A stretch of DNA of 63,633 nt, filler included, from Octopus bimaculoides (Eukaryota): assembly GCF_001194135.2 (NCBI RefSeq). It is 5 parts of 5 records of this genome, joined end to end, with 100 filler letters (N's around TTAATTAATTAA, not from the genome) between each part and the next. Parts side by side here need not be neighbours in the genome. Positions count along the whole stretch, not along the records: positions 61,274 to 63,633 come from NC_068993.1; 4 more parts are not named here. One strand, written 5' to 3'. The notes beneath the pieces were generated by a model, which did no database searches, had not been told where the DNA came from, and saw only the letters and a list, made by a program, of their open reading frames with translations. The translations under genes were made by a program, and so were the position numbers. This document shows, one piece after another, positions 63,441 through 63,633 of this stretch. The stretch's first letter is position 1; each line of letters starts with the position of its first letter.

Positions 63441-63488
<48 letters not shown>

Positions 63489-63633
63489 TTCAACAGAGAA
63501 CTCCAGTGTGATCCATAGGCAGGAGAGGTGCAGCTGAAGTTTAGAAAGTCCAGTAAAGAATCCGTAGAAGTTCGTGGCTGATGAGAGGAGACAGGATCAA
63601 CTGGTACGACCACGTGAGAGCGTGTAATATATG

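Overview
Eukaryotic, AT-rich, microsatellite-dense draft genome sequence with many N gaps. The SINE families and repeat landscape look cephalopod, probably Octopus (inference, not verified). Firm coding content: (1) nine + strand exons (28026-43124) that splice with canonical AG/GT sites and matching phases into one ~392-codon frame encoding Slit LRR domain 4, its LRR-CT cap and EGF repeats 1-6; (2) one isolated + strand exon (56260-56327) resembling phosphatidylserine synthase 2. The Slit 5' exons, the Slit laminin-G/C-terminal exons and the other PTDSS2 exons are not visible. The rest is transposon debris: at least four SINE families, RTE and R4/Dong LINE ends, mariner remnants, piggyBac/hAT-like MITEs, a non-autonomous Helitron and a possible Penelope-like remnant, plus two long palindromes, a 168-bp minisatellite and microsatellites. 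Four artificial 44N-TTAATTAATTAA-44N spacers mark scaffold joins, and two of them coincide with an abrupt switch in CpG density. Nearly all ORFs in the supplied track are microsatellite or N artefacts. I found no convincing new multi-gene system. The best leads are a divergent Slit cleavage linker, the Slit/PTDSS2 juxtaposition, the CpG block structure, a LINE-SINE tail partnership, a minimal hammerhead-like motif, long hairpins and a few unassigned candidate exons.
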